The notes under the pieces: model-generated
What the model saw: the letters and a program-made list of their open reading frames with translations, nothing else
What the model was told of the DNA's origin: nothing
Database searches by the model: none
Shown: positions 51,885-61,149 of the stretch, one piece after another
How the letters are laid out: each line of letters starts with the position of its first letter
Numbering within the stretch: position 1 is the stretch's first letter
Assembly (NCBI GenBank): GCA_965227295.1
Contig: OZ245742.1
Span: 1,600,001 to 1,664,000, forward strand
Direction: 5' to 3'
DNA: 64,000 bases
Source of the DNA: Leptonemataceae bacterium
GTDB taxonomy: Bacteria > Spirochaetota > Leptospiria > Leptospirales > Leptonemataceae
Translations under genes and position numbers: made by a program

Positions 51885-52787
51885 CTGCATCAAAAGAATT
51901 GGATCTTAAGCATCGGCTTTGTCGTTCTCTGGAACTCCGGCTTCATTGGTGCGGAGTATGCCCTCCCGTTTACTGAGCCTCTCACTCTGCTCTTCTGGCG
52001 TTACTGGCTGCTCGCGTTCGTTTTGCTGATCTATCTTTTCCTGCGCAAGAGATTGCAATGGCCGGGGGCGAAGGCCGTTCTCATCGCTCTGCTCGTCGGC
52101 GTTCTGGCGCACGGCACCTGGCTCGGATGCGTCTTCTATTCTTTGCAGTATGGCGTACCTTCGGGAATCGTCGCTCTCGTTGTGGCGCTCCAGCCTATGA
52201 CCACGGGCATCCTCTCCGGGCTGGTTGTCGGCGAACGAACTCCACTGATTCGCTGGATCGGTTTGTTGATCGGCTTCGTGGGGGTCATGATCGCGGTGGC
52301 GGCTCGCATCGAATTTTCCGATCCGGACTCCATCTTTGCGTACCTGATCCCGTTCGGATCGGTGGCGGCGATTACGGCCGCGAGTTTGATTCAGCGTCGC
52401 CTTGAGGTGGAACGCAACGCCTATCGTTTGTCCGTGGACCGCGGTCTGTTTTATCAGAGTCTCGGCGTGGCTCTCGCGGTTTCTGTGCCCGCGATTCTAT
52501 TCGAAGGACTCGTTACGGAATGGACGCCATTGTTCGTCGGTGGACTGCTGTGGTTGGTCCTGGTCGTTTCGCTGGGGGCGTATGGTTTGATGTGGGTGTT
52601 GATTGAACGCATCGATGCAACGCGCGTGGCGAGCCTGTTTTACTTCGGGCCGCCGGTCACGATGTTGATGGCGTGGTTGGCCTTCGGCGATCGTCTCCTG
52701 AGTACGGACCTGGCCGGGTTGGCGATTATTTTCGCCGGTGTGATTCTCGCTCAGAGAACTGAAGTCCGCGAGAGCGAACGGGTGTAG
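51885..52787 (+). CDS. DMT/EamA family transporter (probable CTG start)
   Basis: Frame open from 51870; FVVLWNSGFIGAEY...EPLTLLFWR first-helix motif lies upstream of the tracked TTG 52023; GGAGG at 51871-51875. Confidence 0.88.
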   Translation: MHQKNWILSIGFVVLWNSGFIGAEYALPFTEPLTLLFWRYWLLAFVLLIYLFLRKRLQWPGAKAVLIALLVGVLAHGTWLGCVFYSLQYGVPSGIVALVVALQPMTTGILSGLVVGERTPLIRWIGLLIGFVGVMIAVAARIEFSDPDSIFAYLIPFGSVAAITAASLIQRRLEVERNAYRLSVDRGLFYQSLGVALAVSVPAILFEGLVTEWTPLFVGGLLWLVLVVSLGAYGLMWVLIERIDATRVASLFYFGPPVTMLMAWLAFGDRLLSTDLAGLAIIFAGVILAQRTEVRESERV

Positions 52788-52806
52788 CGAGAATCACGCC
52801 CGTGGC

Positions 52807-53514
52807 TCAGGCACAGCAGGCAAAGTAACATGAGTGAAACGCGCGCAACTGATCGTCCAGTTTGACCGGACGTTTGTCGCGTATTTCCACAAAGAACTCC
52901 TGTAGCGTGAAATCGCGACCCATGCCTGCATCATACGTTTCATAGCAGCCGTGAATCTCGGCCTGGACCCGAATTCTGTCGCCATCCGGAGCCCAGGTTC
53001 CGACGCTCGCGCGCGGGGCTTCTTTGACACATGCCGGCATGCCGTCCACACCGCGAATGGATCCATCGGACTCAAAAATGTACAGATACCCACAATCGTT
53101 GACGGTCAATGCCCCGCCCTGGTGGATCCAATTGTACATTGCAGGACTCAAGCAGCCGCCGCTGACCCACTTGTTGTCGGCTTCGACACAGGCTTGAATG
53201 GTTTTCCGAAGTTCCTGGTCATCGGACAGGTAGGCCGAGAACACATAACCTTCCTGTTCCTGATAGGCGACCTGATACCAACTCCCCTGTTTGCCGGCCA
53301 CGGTCACCTGAGGAGCATCGGAGGCCAGGATCTCAACCGATTCGCCGGCCGGTATGGAAGCGAGGATCTTCCCGCCTGGTTCGTCCCGCAGGCTGAGGGA
53401 TGAGCCGGTAACAAACATCTCGGGATTCCCGCAGACTGTCAGAAGAGTGATCGTGAGCAGGAGTATTCGGAAATACTTCACTCTGTGCTGAACTAACCTT
53501 GTGATATTGGCCAT
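52807..53514 (-). CDS. SH3b-domain putative lipoprotein, Cys-rich C-terminus
   Basis: LLTVC lipobox-like; LSLRDEP...WYQVAY...EGYVFSAYL; GGAGG SD before ATG 53514. Confidence 0.85.
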   Translation of the reverse strand: MANITRLVQHRVKYFRILLLTITLLTVCGNPEMFVTGSSLSLRDEPGGKILASIPAGESVEILASDAPQVTVAGKQGSWYQVAYQEQEGYVFSAYLSDDQELRKTIQACVEADNKWVSGGCLSPAMYNWIHQGGALTVNDCGYLYIFESDGSIRGVDGMPACVKEAPRASVGTWAPDGDRIRVQAEIHGCYETYDAGMGRDFTLQEFFVEIRDKRPVKLDDQLRAFHSCYFACCA

Positions 53515-53871
53515 GATTCGTTCCTCCACCCGGCCGAGTATACACCACAAGAGCGGAATCGGTCAATCCAACTTGCGCTGTCGTTGGACACAACGAGGCC
53601 GAACTTGAACCGGCCGGGACATTCAGTGATTGATTCGGAGCCCGTTGAGCAAAAAACATCCGTTTCGATTTTTTGATTAGTTGGTATTTTTTAGTTTTGC
53701 AAGCCCAGACCGTCACGTTTAACGGCTTTCTAACCGTCCGCTTTCATAATCTCGTAGACAAGTTCGTGCCGTCGATGTAGGGCTGCCGACCGGTGCGAAG
53801 AGCGCGTACATTTTTTCACGCAAGGGAAGATTTATCGCTCTTCCAATTCGCATCGTTACGAGGTAAGAGAG

Positions 53872-54951
53872 ATGAACAATGCAAATACGCTAACGAAATC
53901 CAAACAAGGCTTCGCAGCAGTCGCCGTCCTTGCGGTTGCGGCCGTGTTGATCCTGCTGCATCCTCAGAGGGTCATGGCCGATGGTTTGGTTTTCGGCGTG
54001 GAAGTCCTGAGCGGCAGCAATCGCTATGAGCTGGAACCGATGATTGCCGACGATGTTGCGGTCACGGATGATTACACGAGCGGCAGTGTTTCGGCCACGA
54101 ACAAGTGGAACACGCCCTGGACAGAAAACCGCCGCCCCCTGGGACTTATCTCCCTTTTCTATGAGCACGCGGTCGGTGATGTGGTCCTGCTGGCCGGCGT
54201 GAAGCACACGCAACTGAAAACCAGTTATGATTACACCAGCTATAAGCTTCGCCCGGGCTCATCGGCCTATGCTGTGCCCGTAAGTGTGCGGATCATGGAG
54301 CGCATCGATGACGCCGAAGTCGGGGCGAAACTCCCGTTGTCCTTCCTGGGGCTGGACGCGGTTACGCTGACGCCGAAACTCGGCCACCGGACCGAGTACT
54401 TTCGCGCACGGAAGGGCGGAAGCGGCGGCGGTCGGGACGAGTCCGGCGGCCACGACTTCTTGCTGCACAAGAAGGCCGTGCTGGACGACGAGCTGAACGG
54501 ACCCTACGGCGGGGCCGAGATCGACTTTGCCCTGAACTCGAAGCTGCACGTGTTCGTGGGTGCCTATCACTTTGCCTTGCGTGGCAGCAAGACGGAGTCC
54601 GAGTTCGAAGGAGAAATCCTGGATAACCTGGTCGTCGAAGAGCTGGGGTTCGAGTACATCGAAACCAGAGTGCGTTCCGTCGGTTCCATGGTAGTGGCGG
54701 GACTGAAGTACAAGCTGACGGATGCGTGGCATTTGCATTTGGGCTTTGCTCACGAGCGCTTCCGGGTCTCTTATCCGGACTATACGAATCTGGCGCGGTG
54801 GCACTACACCAGCAGTTCCGGGGCCTCCCTGGAAATTCCCTCCCATGCGGACCTGATTACGGATCGAATCATTTACGGGCGGCAGGAACTGCGGGAGAAG
54901 CGGCACGTGTTTGTGGGGGTGAATTACGATCTGCACCTGAGCGGTGACTGA
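53872..54951 (+). CDS. Putative outer-membrane beta-barrel protein
   Basis: Signal peptide ending VMA; alternating amphipathic beta strands; terminal VFVGVNYDLHL. Confidence 0.75.
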   Translation: MNNANTLTKSKQGFAAVAVLAVAAVLILLHPQRVMADGLVFGVEVLSGSNRYELEPMIADDVAVTDDYTSGSVSATNKWNTPWTENRRPLGLISLFYEHAVGDVVLLAGVKHTQLKTSYDYTSYKLRPGSSAYAVPVSVRIMERIDDAEVGAKLPLSFLGLDAVTLTPKLGHRTEYFRARKGGSGGGRDESGGHDFLLHKKAVLDDELNGPYGGAEIDFALNSKLHVFVGAYHFALRGSKTESEFEGEILDNLVVEELGFEYIETRVRSVGSMVVAGLKYKLTDAWHLHLGFAHERFRVSYPDYTNLARWHYTSSSGASLEIPSHADLITDRIIYGRQELREKRHVFVGVNYDLHLSGD

Positions 54952-54960
54952 GGTGCAGGC

Positions 54961-54989
54961 AAAAAAAAGGCCCCGGTAAACCGGAGCCT
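54961..54989 (-). terminator. Intrinsic terminator on the minus strand
   Basis: Minus strand aggctccgg-ttta-ccggggcc followed by T8. Confidence 0.8.
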
Positions 54990-55068
54990 GAGAGGAGTTA
55001 CACGAATGACTCTTTTAAAATCGGCGGGGGCTCCGATTTTCCCTGAAACTTTTTTCCGAAAGAAGTTG

Positions 55069-55187
55069 AACCACCGAGGCTCCGAGGACTCCGAGGGAAG
55101 AATTCACAGGAGGACGAGAGGTCGCTACGAGTGCACTCGACTCTTCGCGTTAGCGATGTAACGCGGCCGGGCGGAACGCCCAAAAAA
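55069..55187. repeat. Composite of two short repeat families (CCGAGG units and ttttttgggcg...cgcgaagagt element)
   Basis: ccaccgaggctccgaggactccgagg (55071-55096) shares ctccgaggac with 11458-11467; minus strand 55187-55140 shares both ends with 5036-5152. Confidence 0.68.
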
Positions 55188-55221
55188 GGTCGTATTATTT
55201 TCTGCTTCCGGGCGGCCGCGA

Positions 55222-56508
55222 TCACTCAAACATGCTGCGACTTCTTTCGTAGATGAAGTTTTCCAGGACGCGGTAGTCGTCGGGGCCGGCGTCGTAGAAG
55301 TTTATGCCGATATTAAAGCCGTCTTTCGTCGGGAAGTAGCGCGTGATTTCGCCCTTCAGGTGCATCATGTGGTGGCGCATCTGGATTTGCATCTCCAGGT
55401 GATCGTGAAAGGTCAGGTAGTCGAAGACGGTCTTGTTCGTAAGTTCGAAGAGCAGGCCGCCCATGCTGATGTTGATGATGCGCGTGAACGTGTGCCGCGA
55501 ATAGGAACGTGCGAGGACCGTCTTGGACATGGCGTAGTTCAATAGCCGGGCCAGCAGATCGATGTGCTCGGCGTCGTCCGCGGTGATCAGCCGGCGATCA
55601 AAGACCGTGCTGTACACGTAGATGTGCCCGATGACGTCGTCGAAGATCATGAGCGGGGCGCAGACGTAATTCGCCAGCATGTCGTACATGTCGTCGTGGC
55701 GCTTCTTTTCGAAGAACTTCACGACTTCTTCCTCGGACTCGGTGCGAATGCGATCGCGATACTCTTTCTGATAGTTGATGAGCCCGCGCAGCCGCTGATT
55801 CTTATAGTAACTTTCAATGTCCTGAACATCGCGCAGATAGAACGTCTTTTGTTCCGCGGTGATCATTTCTTCCATCAAGCTGCGGCGGTACTCTTTCGGA
55901 TAAAACTTCACCTCGAATTGCGGCGAAATGCGTTCCAGCTGCTCGGTGACGATGCGATTGATTAAGTAGAGGTCCGGCTCCCGGCGCCGCACTTCGTCCA
56001 CCAGTGAGGCGTAGCGGGACTCGAGGACCTGGCCGGTGCCGCGCGTGCCGTAGAGGGGCTGATACAATATGCCCCAGCGCATGAACATGTCGTCCACGCG
56101 GATGCGTCGGAACTTGCGGCGCTTCGCCGACTGGATGTAGGCCGGGATCTTGAGGATGATGAGATCGTCCTCGATGTCCACGATGGGCACTTCGAATTGA
56201 TAAAGAATATTTACAATTTCGAACTTAATGCGGCAGCGCCGGGCCCGCTCCTCCCGGAAGCCCGGTACGCGCAGATGGGCGACGGCGTTCTCGACTTCTT
56301 CCACGCGTGAGCGGAACTGCTCGGCGCCGTAGATCAACTGTACCGGCCGCTGCTCCGAGTGCAGCCAGTAGAAGAGATGGCGGATTTGATTGATGTCGGA
56401 GCCGAGGATCGTGTCCTCGGTGAAGTCGTCACTGCGGACCGGGGAAAGGTTGCGGATCGCCTCCGTTAGCGGTGTTGTTAGATCGATGTCGTCCCGGGCC
56501 GCATCCAT
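55222..56508 (-). CDS. DUF1577-like YcgR/PilZ protein with inserted GAF-like domain
   Basis: KRRKFRR motif near 56105-56125, NISMGG near 55456-55473, intervening YVCAPLMIFDDVIGHIYV GAF-like strand pair. Confidence 0.82.
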   Translation of the reverse strand: MDAARDDIDLTTPLTEAIRNLSPVRSDDFTEDTILGSDINQIRHLFYWLHSEQRPVQLIYGAEQFRSRVEEVENAVAHLRVPGFREERARRCRIKFEIVNILYQFEVPIVDIEDDLIILKIPAYIQSAKRRKFRRIRVDDMFMRWGILYQPLYGTRGTGQVLESRYASLVDEVRRREPDLYLINRIVTEQLERISPQFEVKFYPKEYRRSLMEEMITAEQKTFYLRDVQDIESYYKNQRLRGLINYQKEYRDRIRTESEEEVVKFFEKKRHDDMYDMLANYVCAPLMIFDDVIGHIYVYSTVFDRRLITADDAEHIDLLARLLNYAMSKTVLARSYSRHTFTRIINISMGGLLFELTNKTVFDYLTFHDHLEMQIQMRHHMMHLKGEITRYFPTKDGFNIGINFYDAGPDDYRVLENFIYERSRSMFE

Positions 56509-56605
56509 AGTTGTTTATCGTGGGCCGGGCGACCGGGATCAAAGGCGCGGGCGCGGTTTTTCCGGGATTTTTTGGAGATTCTTTGCCGGAAAGGCGGTGT
56601 GCGGC

Positions 56606-56932
56606 TTACTGAACGGACTTTTCGAGGTCGTCGGAGATTTCGAAGAGCAGATCCAGCTTGGAGAGCTTGAGCAGCGTGAGCAGGGAACGGGAAAGGTTGC
56701 AGAGGACGAGCTGGCCACCGTAGGCTTTGACGTCCTTCATGAAGGCGACGAGGGCACCGAGGGCGGAACTGTCGAAATACTCGGTTTCTTTGAGATCGAG
56801 GACGATGCGGGCAGGCTTGTCCTTGAGATACGAGCTGAGGCCTTCTCGAAATTTGCGGGCCACGACCATATCGACCCGGGGCTCCTGGATGTGCAGCACC
56901 AGAGCATTTTCCCGATTTTCCGCCGAAATCAT
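56606..56932 (-). CDS. STAS-domain anti-sigma-factor antagonist
   Basis: IVLDLKETEYFDSSALGALV, LLKLSKLDLLFEI. Confidence 0.92.
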   Translation of the reverse strand: MISAENRENALVLHIQEPRVDMVVARKFREGLSSYLKDKPARIVLDLKETEYFDSSALGALVAFMKDVKAYGGQLVLCNLSRSLLTLLKLSKLDLLFEISDDLEKSVQ

Positions 56933-57089
56933 ATCGACCGACTTAACCTCGCTCCGGGCGTTCCGGTCAAATAAAAATTTGGCAATCTTAGTGCAAAAGC
57001 ACTATGTTTCGTGACGTGGTCGGTGCTCTGAAAATAACGTCGGATGAGTCTGATCGGATTTGATTTTTTCGGAGGACGGCGGGAGTTGC

Positions 57090-58994
57090 ATGGTTATGAG
57101 CGGAAAATCAAAGAAAAACGCGAAATCCCCTGGAAAGGCGGGAAAAGGCGGCAAATCGGCCAAAAAAGGCGCGAAACAAACGCCGCTCAGTGAGGAAGAC
57201 CTCCGCAAGGCCGCCATTCTCGAATGGACCGGGCCGGCGTTTCCTCTGGCCGTGCGGGAAGAGGCCGCCCTGGTCTTCGCCGACTACGTTCGCCGTAGCG
57301 GCCCGAACTTCGAAGACGCCGATTATTTCACGCATCCGCTGAAGTTCGGTACCGGTGGTCTGCGCGGTGTGATCGGCAACGGTGCGGGCCGGATGAACGT
57401 GTGGACCGTGGGCCGGACCACCGTGGGGCTCTGTAACTATCTCAAAAAGCAAGCTAAGAAATCAACGCCGGCCCTCGTGGTCGCCCATGACTCCCGGCGC
57501 ATGGCGGTCGAGTTCGCGCAGACCACTGCCGGCATCGCCGCCAATCTTGGATTTAAGGTCTATCTCTTCCAGGGCGTAACACCTACCCCCGTACTCTCTT
57601 ACGCCATTCGCAAACTCGGTGCCGCCGGCGGCGTGGTCATTACCGCATCCCACAACCCGCCGGAGTACAACGGTTACAAAGTTTACATCGACGACGGCTC
57701 GCAACTGGTCGGCAAGCCGCAGAAAGACCTGGAAGCATCCATCGACGCCGTGCAGAACTGGGATGAAATCCCCTTCCTGGGGCCGACGGATGCCACGTTC
57801 AAGAAGCGCGTGAAAATGATCGGCGCGGACATTCGCAAGGCGTACTTCGATGAATTCAAGAAGGTCGGGTTCGTCAGCGCGAAAAAGAATCCCGCGAAGT
57901 CGAAGCTGAAAATCATCTACTCGCCGCTGCACGGTACCGGCGGTCCCTGGCTGCCCGGCCTCTTAAAGCAGTACGGCTTTTCGGTGCAGACGGTTCCCGA
58001 ACAGGAAAAACCCGATGGCGAATTCCCCACGGTGAAGTTTCCGAACCCCGAGGAACCCGAGGCCATGAAACTGAGCGAGGACCTGGCCCGGGCGAGTAAC
58101 GCCGACATCTTTCTCGCCACGGATCCGGACGCGGATCGCCTGGGGGCGGGAGTGCGGGCCGCGGACGGATCTTATGTTCTCATCAACGGCAATCAGATCG
58201 GTAGTATTATGTGCGCGCACCTTTGTGAACGCGTTGCCGAAAACGAAAAGAAGCCGGAGCGTTTTCACGTACTCAAGACCATCGTAACGACGGATCTGCA
58301 ACGCGAGATCGCGGCGAAGACCGGTGTGGGTGTCCGCGACGTGCTCACCGGCTTTAAGTACATTGCCGAGCAGATGCGCCTCATGGAGAAAGGCGACAAG
58401 AAGGCCGGCTTCGGCAAACACGATCGTTATCTTTTCGGAGGTGAGGAGTCCTTCGGTTATTTGCCGGTGGACTTTGTCCGCGACAAGGACTCGCTCGCGT
58501 CGGCGCTGCTCCTCTGCGAAGTACTTGCGGAACGCGGGGATCTGCTCGCGTATCTCGATCAAATTTATTTAAACTACGGCCTGTATCTCGAAGACCTCAA
58601 GTCCGTGACGATGAAAGGCTCGGCCGGCCAGGCGAAGATCAAAGCGCTGATCGATAACCTGCGCAAAGACCAGACGAAGCTGATCGGTCAGAAGCTCGGC
58701 GAGCGTACCGTGAGCGGCGTCCTGGATTTCGAAAAGCAGACCCGGGACGGCAAGCCGTCGAAGCAGGTCTTCGGTTTGCTGCCGCCGTCGAACGTGATTC
58801 AACTGCTGCTGGAACCGGAGGGCAAGCTTACGATCCGTCCCTCGGGTACGGAACCGAAAGTCAAGGTCTACGCCAGTTTGCGGTACGCGAATCAGCCGCA
58901 AAGTCTGGAAGAGTTGCAGTTAGCGAAGGCCGAGTTGCAGAACGAGCTCGCCAGCATCAGCGGGCACTTTTTTGCGCGGACGGGTCTCGCCTGA
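57090..58994 (+). CDS. pgm: Phosphoglucomutase/phosphomannomutase
   Basis: FGTGGLRG, TASHNP, DPDADR, TGFK, GGEES, RPSGTEPK; start 57090 or 57096. Confidence 0.95.
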   Translation: MVMSGKSKKNAKSPGKAGKGGKSAKKGAKQTPLSEEDLRKAAILEWTGPAFPLAVREEAALVFADYVRRSGPNFEDADYFTHPLKFGTGGLRGVIGNGAGRMNVWTVGRTTVGLCNYLKKQAKKSTPALVVAHDSRRMAVEFAQTTAGIAANLGFKVYLFQGVTPTPVLSYAIRKLGAAGGVVITASHNPPEYNGYKVYIDDGSQLVGKPQKDLEASIDAVQNWDEIPFLGPTDATFKKRVKMIGADIRKAYFDEFKKVGFVSAKKNPAKSKLKIIYSPLHGTGGPWLPGLLKQYGFSVQTVPEQEKPDGEFPTVKFPNPEEPEAMKLSEDLARASNADIFLATDPDADRLGAGVRAADGSYVLINGNQIGSIMCAHLCERVAENEKKPERFHVLKTIVTTDLQREIAAKTGVGVRDVLTGFKYIAEQMRLMEKGDKKAGFGKHDRYLFGGEESFGYLPVDFVRDKDSLASALLLCEVLAERGDLLAYLDQIYLNYGLYLEDLKSVTMKGSAGQAKIKALIDNLRKDQTKLIGQKLGERTVSGVLDFEKQTRDGKPSKQVFGLLPPSNVIQLLLEPEGKLTIRPSGTEPKVKVYASLRYANQPQSLEELQLAKAELQNELASISGHFFARTGLA

Positions 58995-59181
58995 TGGCGG
59001 CGACGAACACAACGACGAAGACGCCGTTCCGGTCCGCCTGACCCCGTTCCCCGGCATGGCCTCCGTTCGTCAGCTGGAACCAGTCGTACCCGAAAAATCC
59101 TTAATCCACACTTACCGCCACTTACGCCGCGATTCGGGACGTCTGCGAGTCCTGGCAACGCCCGGCACCCGCTTACGTTTC

Positions 59182-60279
59182 TCACAGCATCGCCCGCAAC
59201 GATTCCACCGCCGCGTCGATGTCGGCGCGATCGCGGTTGTCCTGCACTTCCAGGCGTCCCGTGCGAAAATCCACGGTTGTATGCCGGCCCTCAATGTCCG
59301 CGGCATACACCGCCGCGTCCAGGCAGGCGCGCAGCACGTACTCACGATCCCCCGCGTCCACGAGCCGCGCGTAACGTTCAGCGAGTTGCATGTAAGCCTG
59401 CACGAGTTTGTCTTCGCGCTCCCGATCCACCAGCATGGCGTCGAGGCCGGCCTTTTCCTGGATGAACGCGTCGAGCACGCGGCCCTCTTCGCGCAGCAGT
59501 TCGGCGTACTCCGCGTGCGGCGTACGATACGTGGAGCCGGTGCGGATGGCGTACTCGAAGTAGCGCTGCGCGGTTTCGCGGTCGCCCAGGTGTTTGTGCG
59601 CGATGATGCCGGCGTAGCGGCAGGCGGCGATCGTGTCCGGCAGGTCCCGCCGGCGATAGAAGTACCAGACGTCATCGCCCGTGCGTTCCCGGCAGGCGAA
59701 CTTTGGTTCGGCCCGTAAGAATTCCTGAAACGAAGCTAAGGCCTCGGTCCAGCGCTCCCGGGTGTAGTGGATTTCGCCCAGATAGTAGTGCGAGATATGA
59801 TGCGGTTGGGCCAGCCGGTAGACCGCGCTCAGGCTGTCGATGTCGTAGATGCGCGCGACCTCTTCCCGCGGCGCGATCCAGATGCCGCCGGGTGTTTTCA
59901 GCGACTCCGCGTACAGAACCGCCGCTTCGAGCAGAGGCTTCGCGGCGGCGGCGTCTTCGTACCAATACCACACGGCCCAGGCTGTGCGGATAAACTCAAG
60001 CAGCGGATGGCGGGTATACCGGTAGGCCGGCTCTTCCGTCGTAAACTCGGGCTCGATGTACTCTAATAGATTGTTGCAGGCCAGGGCGTAGCGGTGCGCG
60101 TCTTCATCGGCGGTTTGCAGCGAGTCCTCGCTGTGCCAGGTGTAACGATCCGTGAAAACATCGAAAAACTTGCGGGCGTCGGCCAACTGCTCCGCATCGC
60201 TGCGCCCGCGACTCGCCGTGCAGCGTTCGCCGACGCGTTCGAACATGGCTTCGTAGTCGTAGCGGATGGGCTCGATCAT
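59182..60279 (-). CDS. TPR-repeat hypothetical protein
   Basis: HYYLGEIHY...EALASFQEFL and YAGII...AQRYFEYAI TPR patterns. Confidence 0.8.
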   Translation of the reverse strand: MIEPIRYDYEAMFERVGERCTASRGRSDAEQLADARKFFDVFTDRYTWHSEDSLQTADEDAHRYALACNNLLEYIEPEFTTEEPAYRYTRHPLLEFIRTAWAVWYWYEDAAAAKPLLEAAVLYAESLKTPGGIWIAPREEVARIYDIDSLSAVYRLAQPHHISHYYLGEIHYTRERWTEALASFQEFLRAEPKFACRERTGDDVWYFYRRRDLPDTIAACRYAGIIAHKHLGDRETAQRYFEYAIRTGSTYRTPHAEYAELLREEGRVLDAFIQEKAGLDAMLVDREREDKLVQAYMQLAERYARLVDAGDREYVLRACLDAAVYAADIEGRHTTVDFRTGRLEVQDNRDRADIDAAVESLRAML

Positions 60280-60294
60280 GCTAATGTTTTCTGC

Positions 60295-61053
60295 CTAAAT
60301 ATTAGAAAACGCGCCTTCTTCCGCGGCCACCCCGATCATGGCGATGCCGTTCAAGACCATGTGCATGATGACGGGTGCGTACAGCGAGCGCGTGTAGTAG
60401 CGGGCCAGGGAGAGGACGATGCCCAGAAAAAAGATGATCACAATGTCATACCACTCGTACTGCAAATGAATCAGGGCCCAGAAGACGGACGGCACAATCA
60501 CCGCGCCGGCGATGCTTACGGGCGAACGGGCGTAGCCCGCATACCAGAAGCCGCGAAACACAACCTCCTCCCAGAGCGGCGCGGCCACAACGATGGCCAG
60601 TAACAACAGCGGCACCGAGCCGGCAGTGCGGTAAGCGTTCACCGCGAACTCCGAGGTCACGGGATAATCGAGCAGGTATTTTACGTAGTCGAGGCCCGCC
60701 GCCGTGGCGATGCCGGCCAGGCACCAGAAGACCACGCTGCGCGCGCGTACGGGGCGCAGCGCAAAGTACTCCGCGAGATAAGTACCGAAGCCCGTCTCCG
60801 CTTTGCGGTACGCTTTGCACGCCAGCGCGGCGATGAGCGCGAACACAACACCCACCGGCGCGCTTACGATCGTAATGACTGCGAGCGCGAAGCCGTTCTC
60901 GGCGAGACCCTCGAGGAACTCCATGTCCGGCAAGTCCGGCGCGGCGGCCGCGGCGGCGTAGATGCCCATGATCACGCCCTGGAAGACGCCCCAGGCAAAC
61001 ATCACAAAGATGCTCATGATCGTCGTCATCCAGAAGCCCCAGGGTTTGCTCAT
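60295..61053 (-). CDS. CPBP family intramembrane metalloprotease (CAAX/Abi-like)
   Basis: APLWEEVVFRG, WALIH, HMVLN; start MSKPWG. Confidence 0.92.
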   Translation of the reverse strand: MSKPWGFWMTTIMSIFVMFAWGVFQGVIMGIYAAAAAAPDLPDMEFLEGLAENGFALAVITIVSAPVGVVFALIAALACKAYRKAETGFGTYLAEYFALRPVRARSVVFWCLAGIATAAGLDYVKYLLDYPVTSEFAVNAYRTAGSVPLLLLAIVVAAPLWEEVVFRGFWYAGYARSPVSIAGAVIVPSVFWALIHLQYEWYDIVIIFFLGIVLSLARYYTRSLYAPVIMHMVLNGIAMIGVAAEEGAFSNI

Positions 61054-61149
61054 GCGAACATCGCCGCGCGCGATGCTCTGCATCGCAAACGTTTTCCCGT
61101 CGCATTTCCTGGTTGTCGTCGCGGTCGCGCGCCTGCTTGTGTAACTTAC

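Noticed and set aside
52807..52830. TGA after Cys-rich C-terminus as selenocysteine
   Set aside because: No recognisable SECIS-like hairpin or redox motif context; read-through would run into the convergent EamA gene
53515..53871. Riboswitch in the long divergent intergenic region
   Set aside because: No cobalamin, TPP, FMN, SAM or c-di-GMP consensus recognisable by eye; an Rfam scan would settle it
60295..61053. CPBP/Abi protein as anti-phage defence gene
   Set aside because: Family name alone is not evidence; no defence-island context
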